A stretch of 64,000 bases of DNA, taken from assembly GCA_902580215.1 (NCBI GenBank), contig CACHJT010000005.1:36428-100427 (forward strand), read 5' to 3'. This DNA comes from an uncultured Candidatus Actinomarina sp. GTDB taxonomy: Bacteria > Actinomycetota > Acidimicrobiia > Actinomarinales > Actinomarinaceae. Under the pieces are notes generated by a model, which ran no database searches, was not told the DNA's origin, and was given only the letters and a program-made list of their open reading frames with translations. Position 1 is the stretch's first letter. Every line of letters starts with the position of its first letter. The position numbers and the translations under genes are program-made. Below, piece after piece: positions 1-9,015 of this stretch.

Positions 1-878
1 CAAATGAAGTTCAGGCTAAAGGAACAACCGTCCATCAAGCTCTCGAAGACTTATTTGACCTACCTAAAGAAGATAGGAATATTGAAAAACTTCATAATTT
101 ATTTCGTGAAGCATGGACGAAAGTTAGAGGAACAGATGAACATCATAATCTTTTTTCTTCTGTTGAAGAAGAGAGGGAATGGGGTGTTGATGGACTAAAG
201 CTGCTTAATAACTATATCACAATTGAGGATCCTACGAGTTTTGATCCCTTAGAGAGAGAGCGTTGGGTCAGAGGAAGTATAGAAGATTTAAATTTAAGAG
301 GAATTCTTGACAGAATGGATAGAAATGAAAAAGGCGAACTAATAATTGTTGATTATAAAAGTGGTAAAGCTCCAATGGCTAAATATAAAGAGCCAAGATT
401 TTTTGCACTTAAATTATACGCTTTATTGATAAAGGAAGAACTTGGAGAAATGCCTGCAGAATTGAAATTAATATATCTCAAAAACTCCACTATTCATACA
501 TTAAAAATTAAAGAAGAAGACTTAATAGAATCAAAAAAAGAAATTCTTGAAATTTGGGAGAATATCAAAAAAGCTTATGAGAATGATGATTTTCCGGCAA
601 TAAAAAATACACTGTGCGACTGGTGTTACTATAAACCGATTTGTCCAGTATTTAATGATAACCCTCCAGATACTGAAGAGCTAAGAATGATAAATGAATC
701 CATTTCAGATTTAGAAGAAGAAATTGAGGTACTAGATATGTTTAAAAACGAAAATGAAGTACCAAAAGAAAGTCCAATTGGAAGTAAAGACAAAGAGCAG
801 ATTAAAAATCAGATATCAAAATTAGAGGATCAAAAAAATAATATCCAAGCGGAAATAGAAGAACTTTTACGGAAATAA
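1..878 (+). CDS. PD-(D/E)XK nuclease, RecB/Cas4-like (5' end cut by window edge)
   Basis: Frame 3 is open from base 3 and continues in frame into the 315..878 ORF. Motifs GILDRMD ... IVDYKSGK (D...D/E-x-K), FALKLYALL (QhxxY-like) and C-terminal Cys triad CDWCYYKPIC as in Cas4/AddB Fe-S nucleases. Ends in a Glu/Lys-rich tail. Confidence 0.7.
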   Translation, partial: NEVQAKGTTVHQALEDLFDLPKEDRNIEKLHNLFREAWTKVRGTDEHHNLFSSVEEEREWGVDGLKLLNNYITIEDPTSFDPLERERWVRGSIEDLNLRGILDRMDRNEKGELIIVDYKSGKAPMAKYKEPRFFALKLYALLIKEELGEMPAELKLIYLKNSTIHTLKIKEEDLIESKKEILEIWENIKKAYENDDFPAIKNTLCDWCYYKPICPVFNDNPPDTEELRMINESISDLEEEIEVLDMFKNENEVPKESPIGSKDKEQIKNQISKLEDQKNNIQAEIEELLRK

Positions 879-2132
879 GCCTCTAGTTAGTTTTGCTGCG
901 GCTACTCTCTTTATTCCTTTTATGAGTGCAGCTGTTCTTAAATCACAACTTTGTTTTTGGGAAATGGTCCAAACTTCTTCAAATGCAGTTAACATTACAT
1001 CAATTAATTTCTCATGTAGTTCAGTTTCTTTCCATAAATAATTTTGTGTGTTTTGTACCCATTCGAAATAGCTTGCAGTAATACCACCAGCATTTGCTAG
1101 GATATCTGGAATTATCACTACGCCATTTTCCCTTAAGATTTTATCGGCATTTAAAGTTGTGGGTGAATTAGCACCCTCAATTATTACATTTGCTTTAATT
1201 TTTTCTGCATTACTTGAAGTAATTACTCCTCCTACAGCTGCAGGTATCAAAACATCACAATCAACTTCAAGAATTTCCCCATCATATTCTTCTCCACCTG
1301 AAAAGCCACTGACTGAAGGATTTTTAGCTATATGTTTAAAAAGTTCAGGGATATTAAGACCATCATTGTTCATCACTGCACCTCCCAAATCATTTACAGC
1401 AACTACTTTTGCACCCCTTTCATATGAATCTAGAGCTGCATACCTTCCAACATTTCCAAACCCTTGAATTACAACTCTTGAATCTTTATAGCTTTTACCT
1501 AATTTTTCCATAGCAGCTTGACCAACAGCTACTGCACCCCTACCAGTCGATTCCCTTCTAGTTATTGATCCACCAAGAGAAACCGGTTTTCCAGTGACTA
1601 TCCCAGGCTGAGGTGAACCAACAAAATTACTGTATGTGTCCATAATCCATGCCATTGTTTGCTCATCTGTACCAAGGTCAGGAGCAGGTATGTCTTTATC
1701 AACACCAATAATTGGTAATAATTCGGCTGTATACCTCCTGGTAACTCGTTGCTTTTCGGCTCTAGTAAGAGGATTGGGGTCTATCGCTACTCCACCTTTT
1801 GCTCCACCATAAGGTAATCCCACAATTGCAGACTTCCAAGACATGAGAATAGCTAGAGCTGTAACTTCACCTAAATTTACATCTGGCGCGTATCGAATAC
1901 CACCTTTAGTTGGGCCCATTGATAATACATGTTGAACTCTATATCCAATTACTGTCTCAACTTCATCGTATTCATCTCTTCTAAATGGAAAAGTTACTAC
2001 AAGAGATCTTTGAGGTAATTTAAGCCTTTCTCTTATATTTGAATCAAGATTGATTAAATCAGAAACTTCATCATACTGTCTGATGACTTCTTTATACATA
2101 TGTGAGTCAAATAGATTATTTTCAACTATCAC
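867..2132 (-). CDS. gdhA: Glutamate dehydrogenase (Glu/Leu/Phe/Val dehydrogenase family)
   Basis: 421 aa. Motif PYGGAKGGV with catalytic Lys, Rossmann GFGNVG. GTG start. Confidence 0.9.
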   Translation of the reverse strand: MIVENNLFDSHMYKEVIRQYDEVSDLINLDSNIRERLKLPQRSLVVTFPFRRDEYDEVETVIGYRVQHVLSMGPTKGGIRYAPDVNLGEVTALAILMSWKSAIVGLPYGGAKGGVAIDPNPLTRAEKQRVTRRYTAELLPIIGVDKDIPAPDLGTDEQTMAWIMDTYSNFVGSPQPGIVTGKPVSLGGSITRRESTGRGAVAVGQAAMEKLGKSYKDSRVVIQGFGNVGRYAALDSYERGAKVVAVNDLGGAVMNNDGLNIPELFKHIAKNPSVSGFSGGEEYDGEILEVDCDVLIPAAVGGVITSSNAEKIKANVIIEGANSPTTLNADKILRENGVVIIPDILANAGGITASYFEWVQNTQNYLWKETELHEKLIDVMLTAFEEVWTISQKQSCDLRTAALIKGIKRVAAAKLTRGLFP

Positions 2133-2212
2133 TAGCTCATCATATATGGGTTTTTGTTAGAAAGATTGATATTTTATTTTTTTTGTCACACTGAATTTCT
2201 AAATTATAAATT

Positions 2213-2329
2213 ATGAAAGAAAAAGAAATACTTAAATTACTTGAAAGATCTGGGATAAAAGCAAATTTTATTTGTTTAGACCATAATGACCGATGTGATT
2301 GTCATAGAATATATGATGAAGCAGCATAA
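2213..2329 (+). CDS. Small Cys/His-rich ORF (38 aa), hypothetical
   Basis: Not in ORF track (too short). Hand translation: MKEKEILKLLERSGIKANFICLDHNDRCDCHRIYDEAA. Co-directional with the next ORF and 15 nt upstream of it. CxxH-x4-CxCH spacing looks like a metal-binding knuckle. Confidence 0.3.
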   Translation: MKEKEILKLLERSGIKANFICLDHNDRCDCHRIYDEAA

Positions 2330-2344
2330 GTTATAGGAGAATAA

Positions 2345-2866
2345 ATGAAAGATTTGATCTGGGATATCGCTAAAAGTGGTGAAGAAACTTTAGAAAATAC
2401 CGAATTGCAATCAATAGAAGAGCCAAAAGAATTGTTTATTGCTAGAGGGGTTTCGTTAGAAGCAAAAGATAGTACTTATAAAATAAATAAATTTGTTGAT
2501 AATAAAATTGCTCTCGATGTTCAGGAAAAAGGTGCAATAAAAATATCTGATACTGTATTTAATTACTCAAAAAGTTATAAATCAAAAACAATAGATTTAA
2601 AAAGATTAATTGATTGGGCTACTAGCAAAAAACTCTCAGAAGATGATATTGAAAATTTGGTAGCGCTTTGTGGAAATACTTTTGTTCCTAAATTAAGAGG
2701 CTTGGATGCGGTTGCAGAAAAAAAAGGTATGGACAAACAATTAGCAAGAGATACTTTTATAGAAAAAGTGTGGGATGAAGAGCCTAAATTACAAGTTATT
2801 AAAACAAGCAATGATGCTGCTCCGGTATGGGCAAAAGGTTTGAAAGAAATGGAGAGAAGAAAATGA
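2345..2866 (+). CDS. Hypothetical protein (173 aa), translationally coupled to the downstream SSAP
   Basis: Strong SD AGGAG at 2335..2339, 5 nt before the ATG. Its stop overlaps the next start (ATGA at 2863..2866). I recognise no family. Confidence 0.6.
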   Translation: MKDLIWDIAKSGEETLENTELQSIEEPKELFIARGVSLEAKDSTYKINKFVDNKIALDVQEKGAIKISDTVFNYSKSYKSKTIDLKRLIDWATSKKLSEDDIENLVALCGNTFVPKLRGLDAVAEKKGMDKQLARDTFIEKVWDEEPKLQVIKTSNDAAPVWAKGLKEMERRK

Positions 2867-3291
2867 AACAATTGTATGAACTATCTAGAAAATTTCCAAA
2901 AGATTGGATTAAAAAGGCACCTAAGGGTAAATTCGGAAATTATGTGCCACACCCTGTAATTACACAACGTCTTTTAGAAGTTTGTGGTCCTTTTGATTGG
3001 GAAGTTGTAGAGTTAATTAGACAAGAAACTACAGGATCTGTTGTTGGTTGCTTTGGAAAATTAACCGTCGAAATTGATGGTAAATTAGTTACAGTAACAT
3101 CTATCGGCGATGTAGAGCATGATCAAAAAAATGATGGCAGTAATGCAAAACATGCAGAATCAGATTCATTTAAAAGATGTGCAATGAAGCTTGGACTTGG
3201 ATTGCATTTATGGGCTGGAGAAGAATATTATCTTGATAAACAACTTGATAAAAAGGAAATAGGAAAAAAAACTAAACTTCAGTCTGCTTGA
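2863..3291 (+). CDS. Rad52/Sak (DUF1071)-like single-strand annealing protein, minimal 142-aa form
   Basis: Start moved from 2827 to 2863 (SD GGAGAG at 2851..2856; ATGA overlap with upstream stop). Pattern YVPHPVITQRLLEVCGPFDWEV ... GKLTVEIDG ... NAKHAESDSFKRCAMKLGLGLHLW resembles the Rad52-fold SSAP signature (ayv..r.v..rLdevfG..gW ... K.a.SDalKRaa..lGiGryLY). Confidence 0.6.
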   Translation: MKQLYELSRKFPKDWIKKAPKGKFGNYVPHPVITQRLLEVCGPFDWEVVELIRQETTGSVVGCFGKLTVEIDGKLVTVTSIGDVEHDQKNDGSNAKHAESDSFKRCAMKLGLGLHLWAGEEYYLDKQLDKKEIGKKTKLQSA

Positions 3292-3743
3292 TCAATTAAT
3301 TGTCCATTTCTAGCAGTTAATACAAAAGTTGCTGGACCATCATTGATTAAACCTACATCCATCATAGCCCCAAAGCTTCCTGTTTTTACAGGTACGTATT
3401 TAGAAAATTCTTCAACAATTTTTAAAATCATCTCTTCAGCTATTTCTGAAGATTTTGCATTTACAAAGGAAGGCCTGTTTCCTTTTAGAAATTTTCCAGC
3501 TAATGTGAACTGACTAACAATTAGTATCTCTCCTGATACATCTATTATTGATTTATTCATTTTTAAATTTTCGTCAGAAAAAATTCTGAAATTTAAAATT
3601 TTATTTATAAGTATTTCACTTTCAACTTCAGAATCTGCATCTTCAATCCCCCATAAAAGTAAATAACCATTTTCAATTTCTGAAATAACATCTGAATCAA
3701 CTTTGACGTAAGCACTTTTAACTCTCTGCAAAACAACTTTCAT
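3279..3743 (-). CDS. dtd: D-aminoacyl-tRNA deacylase
   Basis: 154 aa. MKVVLQRV ... SQFTLAG ... NRPSF ... DGPATFVL, typical Dtd. Confidence 0.9.
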   Translation of the reverse strand: MKVVLQRVKSAYVKVDSDVISEIENGYLLLWGIEDADSEVESEILINKILNFRIFSDENLKMNKSIIDVSGEILIVSQFTLAGKFLKGNRPSFVNAKSSEIAEEMILKIVEEFSKYVPVKTGSFGAMMDVGLINDGPATFVLTARNGQLIDQAD

Positions 3744-3760
3744 AAACTATAATTTAACAG

Positions 3761-4171
3761 ATGAGGTTAGACAATAAAACAATTCAAATGGCATCTGGCC
3801 CAAATTATGCAGCGCTAACAACTCTGTTTAAAGATGGTGTTCCTCAAACACATGTGATGTGGGTTGATACGGATGGTGAAAATATCTTAATCAATACAGA
3901 GATACATAGATTCAAATACAAAAATGTTTTAAAAGATCCTAGAGTCACAGTTATGATTTGGAAGCATGATAACCCATTTAAATTTGTTGAAATAAGAGGT
4001 GAAGTAGTCGGAGAAATCACTGGACAAGATGCAAGAGACAATATTGATAAATTATCACAAAAATATTGGGAGAAACCTTACCCATTCCCCATACAAACAG
4101 AAAGAATTGTGCTTGTAATAAAGCCAAACAAGGAAGTAATGTTTAATCTAAAAGACGAGGATTTCGAATAA
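3761..4171 (+). CDS. PPOX-class (pyridoxamine 5'-phosphate oxidase-like) probable F420/FMN-dependent enzyme
   Basis: 136 aa. N-terminal GPNYAALTTLFKDGVPQTHVMWV and DPRVTVMIW match the split-barrel PPOX class. Confidence 0.7.
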   Translation: MRLDNKTIQMASGPNYAALTTLFKDGVPQTHVMWVDTDGENILINTEIHRFKYKNVLKDPRVTVMIWKHDNPFKFVEIRGEVVGEITGQDARDNIDKLSQKYWEKPYPFPIQTERIVLVIKPNKEVMFNLKDEDFE

Positions 4172-4172
4172 T

Positions 4173-5033
4173 TTAGTCTTCTTTGTATTCGTAGAAGCCT
4201 TTTCCAGATTTTACTCCTAAATCACCATTCATAACTTTTTCTTTAAGAAACTTTTTTGGTTCATCTTTTGGATCACCAGATTCTTCAAATTTTTTCAATT
4301 TAGCATAATAATGTATATCTAATCCTGAATAATCAGAAAGTTCAAATGGGCCTAAAGGATGATTTAGCCCTTTTTTAATAGCAAGATCTATATCTTCAAA
4401 ATCTGCAATTCCTTCATCATAAAGTTCATAAGCTTCATCTACTAAGGCTGCCAGCATTCTGTTTACAATAAACCCAGGGGTTTCCTTTTTAAGTACAACC
4501 ACTGATCTACCCATATTTTCACTAACAGTTTTGGTACGTTCTAAAACTTCTTTCGATACGTTGGATGGATATGAAATTTCAATTAAATCCATTCTTATTG
4601 GTGGATAGAAAAAATGCATGTTTATAAACCTTTCGGGATGGTCGCAATGTTTTGAGATTTCAGAAGCTTGAATAAAAGAACTATTAGTTGCCATTACAAC
4701 CTCTTGATTCATCGATTGAGAAATTTGATTAAAAATTTCAAGCTTAACATCAAATCTTTCAACTACAGCTTCTATCACAAATGTTTTTCCCTCTATAACA
4801 TCTTCAAGTGAATAATTGAGATCTAGATTTTCTTTGTAAGAAACTAAATTATCTTCGGTGTATATTTTTTTGTCTATTAAATTTTTGATATTTTCTTCAA
4901 CAAATTTATATCTATATTCTAAATTTTCTTTATTTTCGTCATAAATATTTGTTTTGTAACCAGCCATAGCAGCTAAAGCTGCAATTTGGCTTCCCATTTG
5001 TCCCCCACCAATTACCGCAATTTTTTCATTCAT
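4173..5033 (-). CDS. 3-hydroxyacyl-CoA dehydrogenase (NAD-binding)
   Basis: 286 aa. IAVIGGGQMGSQIA Rossmann motif; C-terminal PLGPFELSDYSGLD typical of the HBD/FadB C-domain. Confidence 0.85.
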   Translation of the reverse strand: MNEKIAVIGGGQMGSQIAALAAMAGYKTNIYDENKENLEYRYKFVEENIKNLIDKKIYTEDNLVSYKENLDLNYSLEDVIEGKTFVIEAVVERFDVKLEIFNQISQSMNQEVVMATNSSFIQASEISKHCDHPERFINMHFFYPPIRMDLIEISYPSNVSKEVLERTKTVSENMGRSVVVLKKETPGFIVNRMLAALVDEAYELYDEGIADFEDIDLAIKKGLNHPLGPFELSDYSGLDIHYYAKLKKFEESGDPKDEPKKFLKEKVMNGDLGVKSGKGFYEYKED

Positions 5034-6235
5034 GTGTGTTTGTTTATTTCGCGTCTTGCAATAGATCTTAGGTGTACTTCGTCTGGGCCGTCAGCAATTC
5101 TTAACGTTCTAACTCCAGCTGACATTTTTGCTAAAGGAGTATCTTGAGAAACTCCCATAGCTCCATGTGCTTGTATAGCTTTATCAATTACATAGGAGGC
5201 AGCTTCGATGACTCCAACTTTTATTGCAGATATTTCGATTTTGGCTTGCTCTTTACCAACGTTATCAATCAACCATGCTGTTTTTAAAGTAAGAAGTCTA
5301 GCCTCTTCAATTTTAATCCTAGATCTTGCAATCCAATCTTGCACTACACCATGATCGGAAATTTTTGTACCAAAAGTTTCTCTAGACAATGCTCTCTTTA
5401 TCATAAGTTGAAGAGCTCTTTCAGCCATTCCAATTGTTCTCATACAGTGATGAATTCTTCCAGGTCCTAGTCTCGCTTGGGCAATTTTAAAGCCCATACC
5501 TTCGCCACCTATAATATTTGATTTTGGTACAACTACATTTTCAAAATTTAATTCTGGATGACCAGTGTATCCATCATCATATCCATAAACATGCATGGGT
5601 CTGACTATAGTTATCCCTTCTGTATCCATTGGGACAAGAACTTGACTTTGTCTTGTGTGTGGAGGATTTTCAGGATTTGTAATACCCATAAAAATACATA
5701 TTTTGGCACGTGGATTAATTGCATTTGAAGTCCACCACTTTCTTCCATTAATAACATAGTTATCCCCGTCTGAAACTATTGAACTTGAAATATTTGTCGC
5801 ATCAGATGAAGCAACATCAGGTTCTGTCATGGCAAAACAAGAACGGATATCACCATTTAGTAAAGGAGTCAACCATTGGTCTTTTTGCTCTTGTGTTCCA
5901 AATTCTGCGAGTATTTCCATGTTTCCAGTATCTGGAGCAGAACAGTTAAATACCTCAGGTGCCCACCAAACCTGTCCAGTTATTTCTGCTAATGGTGCAT
6001 AGTCAACATTTGTTAGTCCTGCACCGTATTCACTGTCGGGTAAAAATAAATTCCATAAATTTTCTTTTCTGGCTTTTTCTTTTAATTCATCAAGTAATTC
6101 AGGAATGTGCAAAGGGTCTCCTGAATCTAATATTGCTTTTTCGTAGGCTTCTTCGTTGGGAAAAATATGTTCTTCAAAAAATTTATTCATCTTTTCTTGA
6201 AGATCTAATGACTTTTGAGAAAATTTAAAATCCAT
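5030..6235 (-). CDS. Acyl-CoA dehydrogenase family protein, ACAD10/ACAD11 (FadE2)-like
   Basis: 401 aa. CFAMTEP, NGRKWWTS and RLGPGRIHHCMRTIGMAERAL, which I recall as characteristic of the ACAD10/11-FadE2 clade. ATGA overlap with the downstream HADH gene. Confidence 0.85.
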   Translation of the reverse strand: MDFKFSQKSLDLQEKMNKFFEEHIFPNEEAYEKAILDSGDPLHIPELLDELKEKARKENLWNLFLPDSEYGAGLTNVDYAPLAEITGQVWWAPEVFNCSAPDTGNMEILAEFGTQEQKDQWLTPLLNGDIRSCFAMTEPDVASSDATNISSSIVSDGDNYVINGRKWWTSNAINPRAKICIFMGITNPENPPHTRQSQVLVPMDTEGITIVRPMHVYGYDDGYTGHPELNFENVVVPKSNIIGGEGMGFKIAQARLGPGRIHHCMRTIGMAERALQLMIKRALSRETFGTKISDHGVVQDWIARSRIKIEEARLLTLKTAWLIDNVGKEQAKIEISAIKVGVIEAASYVIDKAIQAHGAMGVSQDTPLAKMSAGVRTLRIADGPDEVHLRSIARREINKHT

Positions 6236-6287
6236 TGCTTTATTCTATCAATTAACTTGAGACCAAGAGAATTAAATCATAAGATAT

Positions 6288-7310
6288 TTGTTAATGGAAT
6301 TTTTTGATAAAAAAATAAGAAGTTTTATAACTTCCAATGTTGAATTGGATTACCAATTTAGATTTGAAAAATTTAAAGTAGGCAGGTCGAACATTACTTT
6401 TAAAATCTTTGACGATTCAAATAGCTACGTTTTAAGAAGACCTCCGTTTGGAGATAAATTAGAGTCTGCACATAACATGCAGCGTGAATTCAGAATTATT
6501 AGTGAATTGAGTGAAAATAATATAAAAGTTCCAAAGCCCAATCTTTTATGCACTGACAAAAATATTTCAGATGATGACTTTTACATTATGGAATATGTTG
6601 ATGGTGTAACTATTGCAGATAATTTAGTAGCAGATAATTATTCCAATAATGATAAAAAAGAAATTACGAATTCATTCATTACAACACTTGCTGAATTACA
6701 CACTTTTGATGTGAAAAATTCCAATTTAAATGATTTAGGGAAACATGAAGATTATGTTGAGAGGCAGTTAAACAGATGGACTAAACAATTTAATGCACAA
6801 AAAGTAAGAGATATTCCTGAATTAGATGTTGCGACACAATTACTATTCGATACCATCCCCACACAGCAAAAAGTAAGTATTGTTCATGGTGATTATAGAT
6901 TGGATAATGTAAGAATCAATAATAACTCTGTTGCAGCTATTGTCGATTGGGAACTCTGTACATTAGGAGATCCGTTAGCTGATATAGGAACTGTCATTGC
7001 TTCTTGGTCCAATAAAAATGAAACTGATACTCCATTTATTTATTCACCCTCATTAAGCGATGGATTTCCAAGTAGGCAAGAAATAATTGATATTTATGAA
7101 TCTAAATCAAACCTTAGTTTGGATGATATTGAATTCTATACAAGGCTATCTTTCTGGAAACATGCAATGATAATGGAGGGGGTCTACGTAAGGTATTCAC
7201 TTGGTTATTATGGTATTGTTGATAAGAAAGATGTAGATGCATTTGGACAAAGCACATTAAGTTTTGCAAAAAAAGCATCAAATAAGAATCTACTTAAGGA
7301 GATATTTTGA
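6288..7310 (+). CDS. Aminoglycoside-phosphotransferase (APH)-fold kinase, ACAD10/11 N-domain / LvaA-like
   Basis: 340 aa. Brenner motif HGDYRLDN plus IVDWELCTLGDPLADIG. Divergent from the ACAD10/11-like gene across 52 nt. The start may be the ATG at 6294 rather than the TTG at 6288. Confidence 0.8.
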   Translation: MLMEFFDKKIRSFITSNVELDYQFRFEKFKVGRSNITFKIFDDSNSYVLRRPPFGDKLESAHNMQREFRIISELSENNIKVPKPNLLCTDKNISDDDFYIMEYVDGVTIADNLVADNYSNNDKKEITNSFITTLAELHTFDVKNSNLNDLGKHEDYVERQLNRWTKQFNAQKVRDIPELDVATQLLFDTIPTQQKVSIVHGDYRLDNVRINNNSVAAIVDWELCTLGDPLADIGTVIASWSNKNETDTPFIYSPSLSDGFPSRQEIIDIYESKSNLSLDDIEFYTRLSFWKHAMIMEGVYVRYSLGYYGIVDKKDVDAFGQSTLSFAKKASNKNLLKEIF

Positions 7311-7768
7311 AAGTTATTCCAGCAAGTGAACTAGAAAGTCATATTGGTGAAGAAGTAGGTGTTTCTGATTGGTTTGAAGTAACACAAGAAAGAATTAATC
7401 AATTTGCAGAAGCAACAAACGATCACCAATTCATACATGTAGATCCCGAAATGGCCAAGGCAACCCCATGGGGTACAACAATAGCCCATGGATACCTTAC
7501 TTTAAGTCTTCTTACCTATCTACAAGCAGACATCGGTTATATGCCTGAAGGATTACAGATGGCAATAAACTATGGGGCAGACAAAGTTAGATTTATGGAA
7601 GCAGTACCTGTAAATAGTAAAATTCGAGCTAGAAATGTTTTAACTGATGTACAGTACAAGAGAAACGGTAGATGGCTATTAAAAACAACTTGTACTATTG
7701 AAATAGAGGGCAAAGATAAGCCAGCTGCAATAGTTGAAGCTTTAGCGATGTATGTAGTAAGTGAATAA
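7307..7768 (+). CDS. MaoC-like (R)-specific enoyl-CoA hydratase
   Basis: 153 aa. Hotdog hydratase motif NDHQFIHVDPEMA ... TIAHGYL. TTG start overlapping the upstream TGA, preceded by AAGGAG. Confidence 0.8.
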   Translation: MKVIPASELESHIGEEVGVSDWFEVTQERINQFAEATNDHQFIHVDPEMAKATPWGTTIAHGYLTLSLLTYLQADIGYMPEGLQMAINYGADKVRFMEAVPVNSKIRARNVLTDVQYKRNGRWLLKTTCTIEIEGKDKPAAIVEALAMYVVSE

Positions 7769-7785
7769 AAAATAGGAGTAAATAA

Positions 7786-8964
7786 ATGAGAGAAGCAGTA
7801 ATTGTATCAGCAGCTAGAACACCAATAGGTAAAGCTTATAGAGGAGCGTTTAACAATACCGCGGCCCCAACCCTGGCGTCTTATTCTATAAAAGAAGCTG
7901 TGGAAAGAGCTGGAATTGACCCAAAAGAGGTTGAAGATGTTGTTTTAGGATGTGCTCAGCAACAAGGTTCACAAGCTATCAATATAGGAAGATTAGCTGG
8001 AATTGCAGCTGGACTTCCTGATAATGTTCCAGGCATGACAATCGACAGGCAATGTTCATCCGGAATGATGGCAATTGCGACTGCATCAAAACAGGTTGTA
8101 ACAGACAATATGGATGTTGTTGTAGCTGGAGGAGTTGAGTCTATTTCACTCGTACAGACTGCAGATTTTAGGGTAGATATTGATCCTAATGTTACTGCTC
8201 ACGCACAACATGCATACATGCCGATGATTGAGACTGCTGATCATGTTGCTGAAAAATATAATGTAACAAGAGAAAGTCAAGACGAGTACTCCCTTCAAAG
8301 TCAGCAAAGAACAGCAGCTGCACAAGAAGCAGGCCTTTACAAAGATGAAATCATTTCTACTACTACTACTAAGTTAGTTAAAGACAAAGAATCCGGTGAA
8401 ATTTCTGAGCAAGAAGCTATCTTAGAAAAAGATGAAGGCAACAGACCAGAAACAAATTTAGAAGGTCTGTCATCATTAGTCCCAGTGTATGGTGAAGGAA
8501 AGTTTATAACTGCAGGAAATGCGTCTCAGTTATCTGATGGATCTGCATCTGTAGTTGTAATGGAATCAAAGGTTGCTGAAAACAAAGGCCTTACTCCCCT
8601 TGGCTATTACAGAGGAATGGCAGTTGCAGGTTTAGCACCAGAAGAAATGGGAATTGGGCCAATATATGCTGTTCCTAAATTGCTCGATAAATATAACTTA
8701 AGTGTTGATGACATAGGCTTATGGGAACTAAACGAAGCTTTTGCTGTACAAGCTTTGTATTGCAGAGATTATTTAGGTATAGATAATGAAATTTACAATG
8801 TAAATGGCGGCTCAATATCTATAGGACATCCGTACGGAATGACCGGCGCAAGAATGACAATGCATGCTCTTATGGAAGGTAAGCGAAGAGGTGCAAAATA
8901 TGTAGTTGTCACAATGTGTGTTGGTGGTGGAATGGGTGCTGCTGGATTATTTGAAGTCATATAA
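7786..8964 (+). CDS. Acetyl-CoA C-acyltransferase (thiolase)
   Basis: 392 aa. [10 protein letters not shown] (active Cys), [24 protein letters not shown]. Confidence 0.9.
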   Translation: MREAVIVSAARTPIGKAYRGAFNNTAAPTLASYSIKEAVERAGIDPKEVEDVVLGCAQQQGSQAINIGRLAGIAAGLPDNVPGMTIDRQCSSGMMAIATASKQVVTDNMDVVVAGGVESISLVQTADFRVDIDPNVTAHAQHAYMPMIETADHVAEKYNVTRESQDEYSLQSQQRTAAAQEAGLYKDEIISTTTTKLVKDKESGEISEQEAILEKDEGNRPETNLEGLSSLVPVYGEGKFITAGNASQLSDGSASVVVMESKVAENKGLTPLGYYRGMAVAGLAPEEMGIGPIYAVPKLLDKYNLSVDDIGLWELNEAFAVQALYCRDYLGIDNEIYNVNGGSISIGHPYGMTGARMTMHALMEGKRRGAKYVVVTMCVGGGMGAAGLFEVI

Positions 8965-9015
8965 ATTAACAAGTATTTAAAAGACTTGGCATAAAATCTA
9001 AACGTATAATTAAAT

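Noticed and set aside
4-198. 64-aa ORF at the window start
   Set aside because: It is out of frame with, and fully inside, the longer open frame 3. That frame continues into the nuclease ORF and carries the recognisable PD-(D/E)XK motifs.
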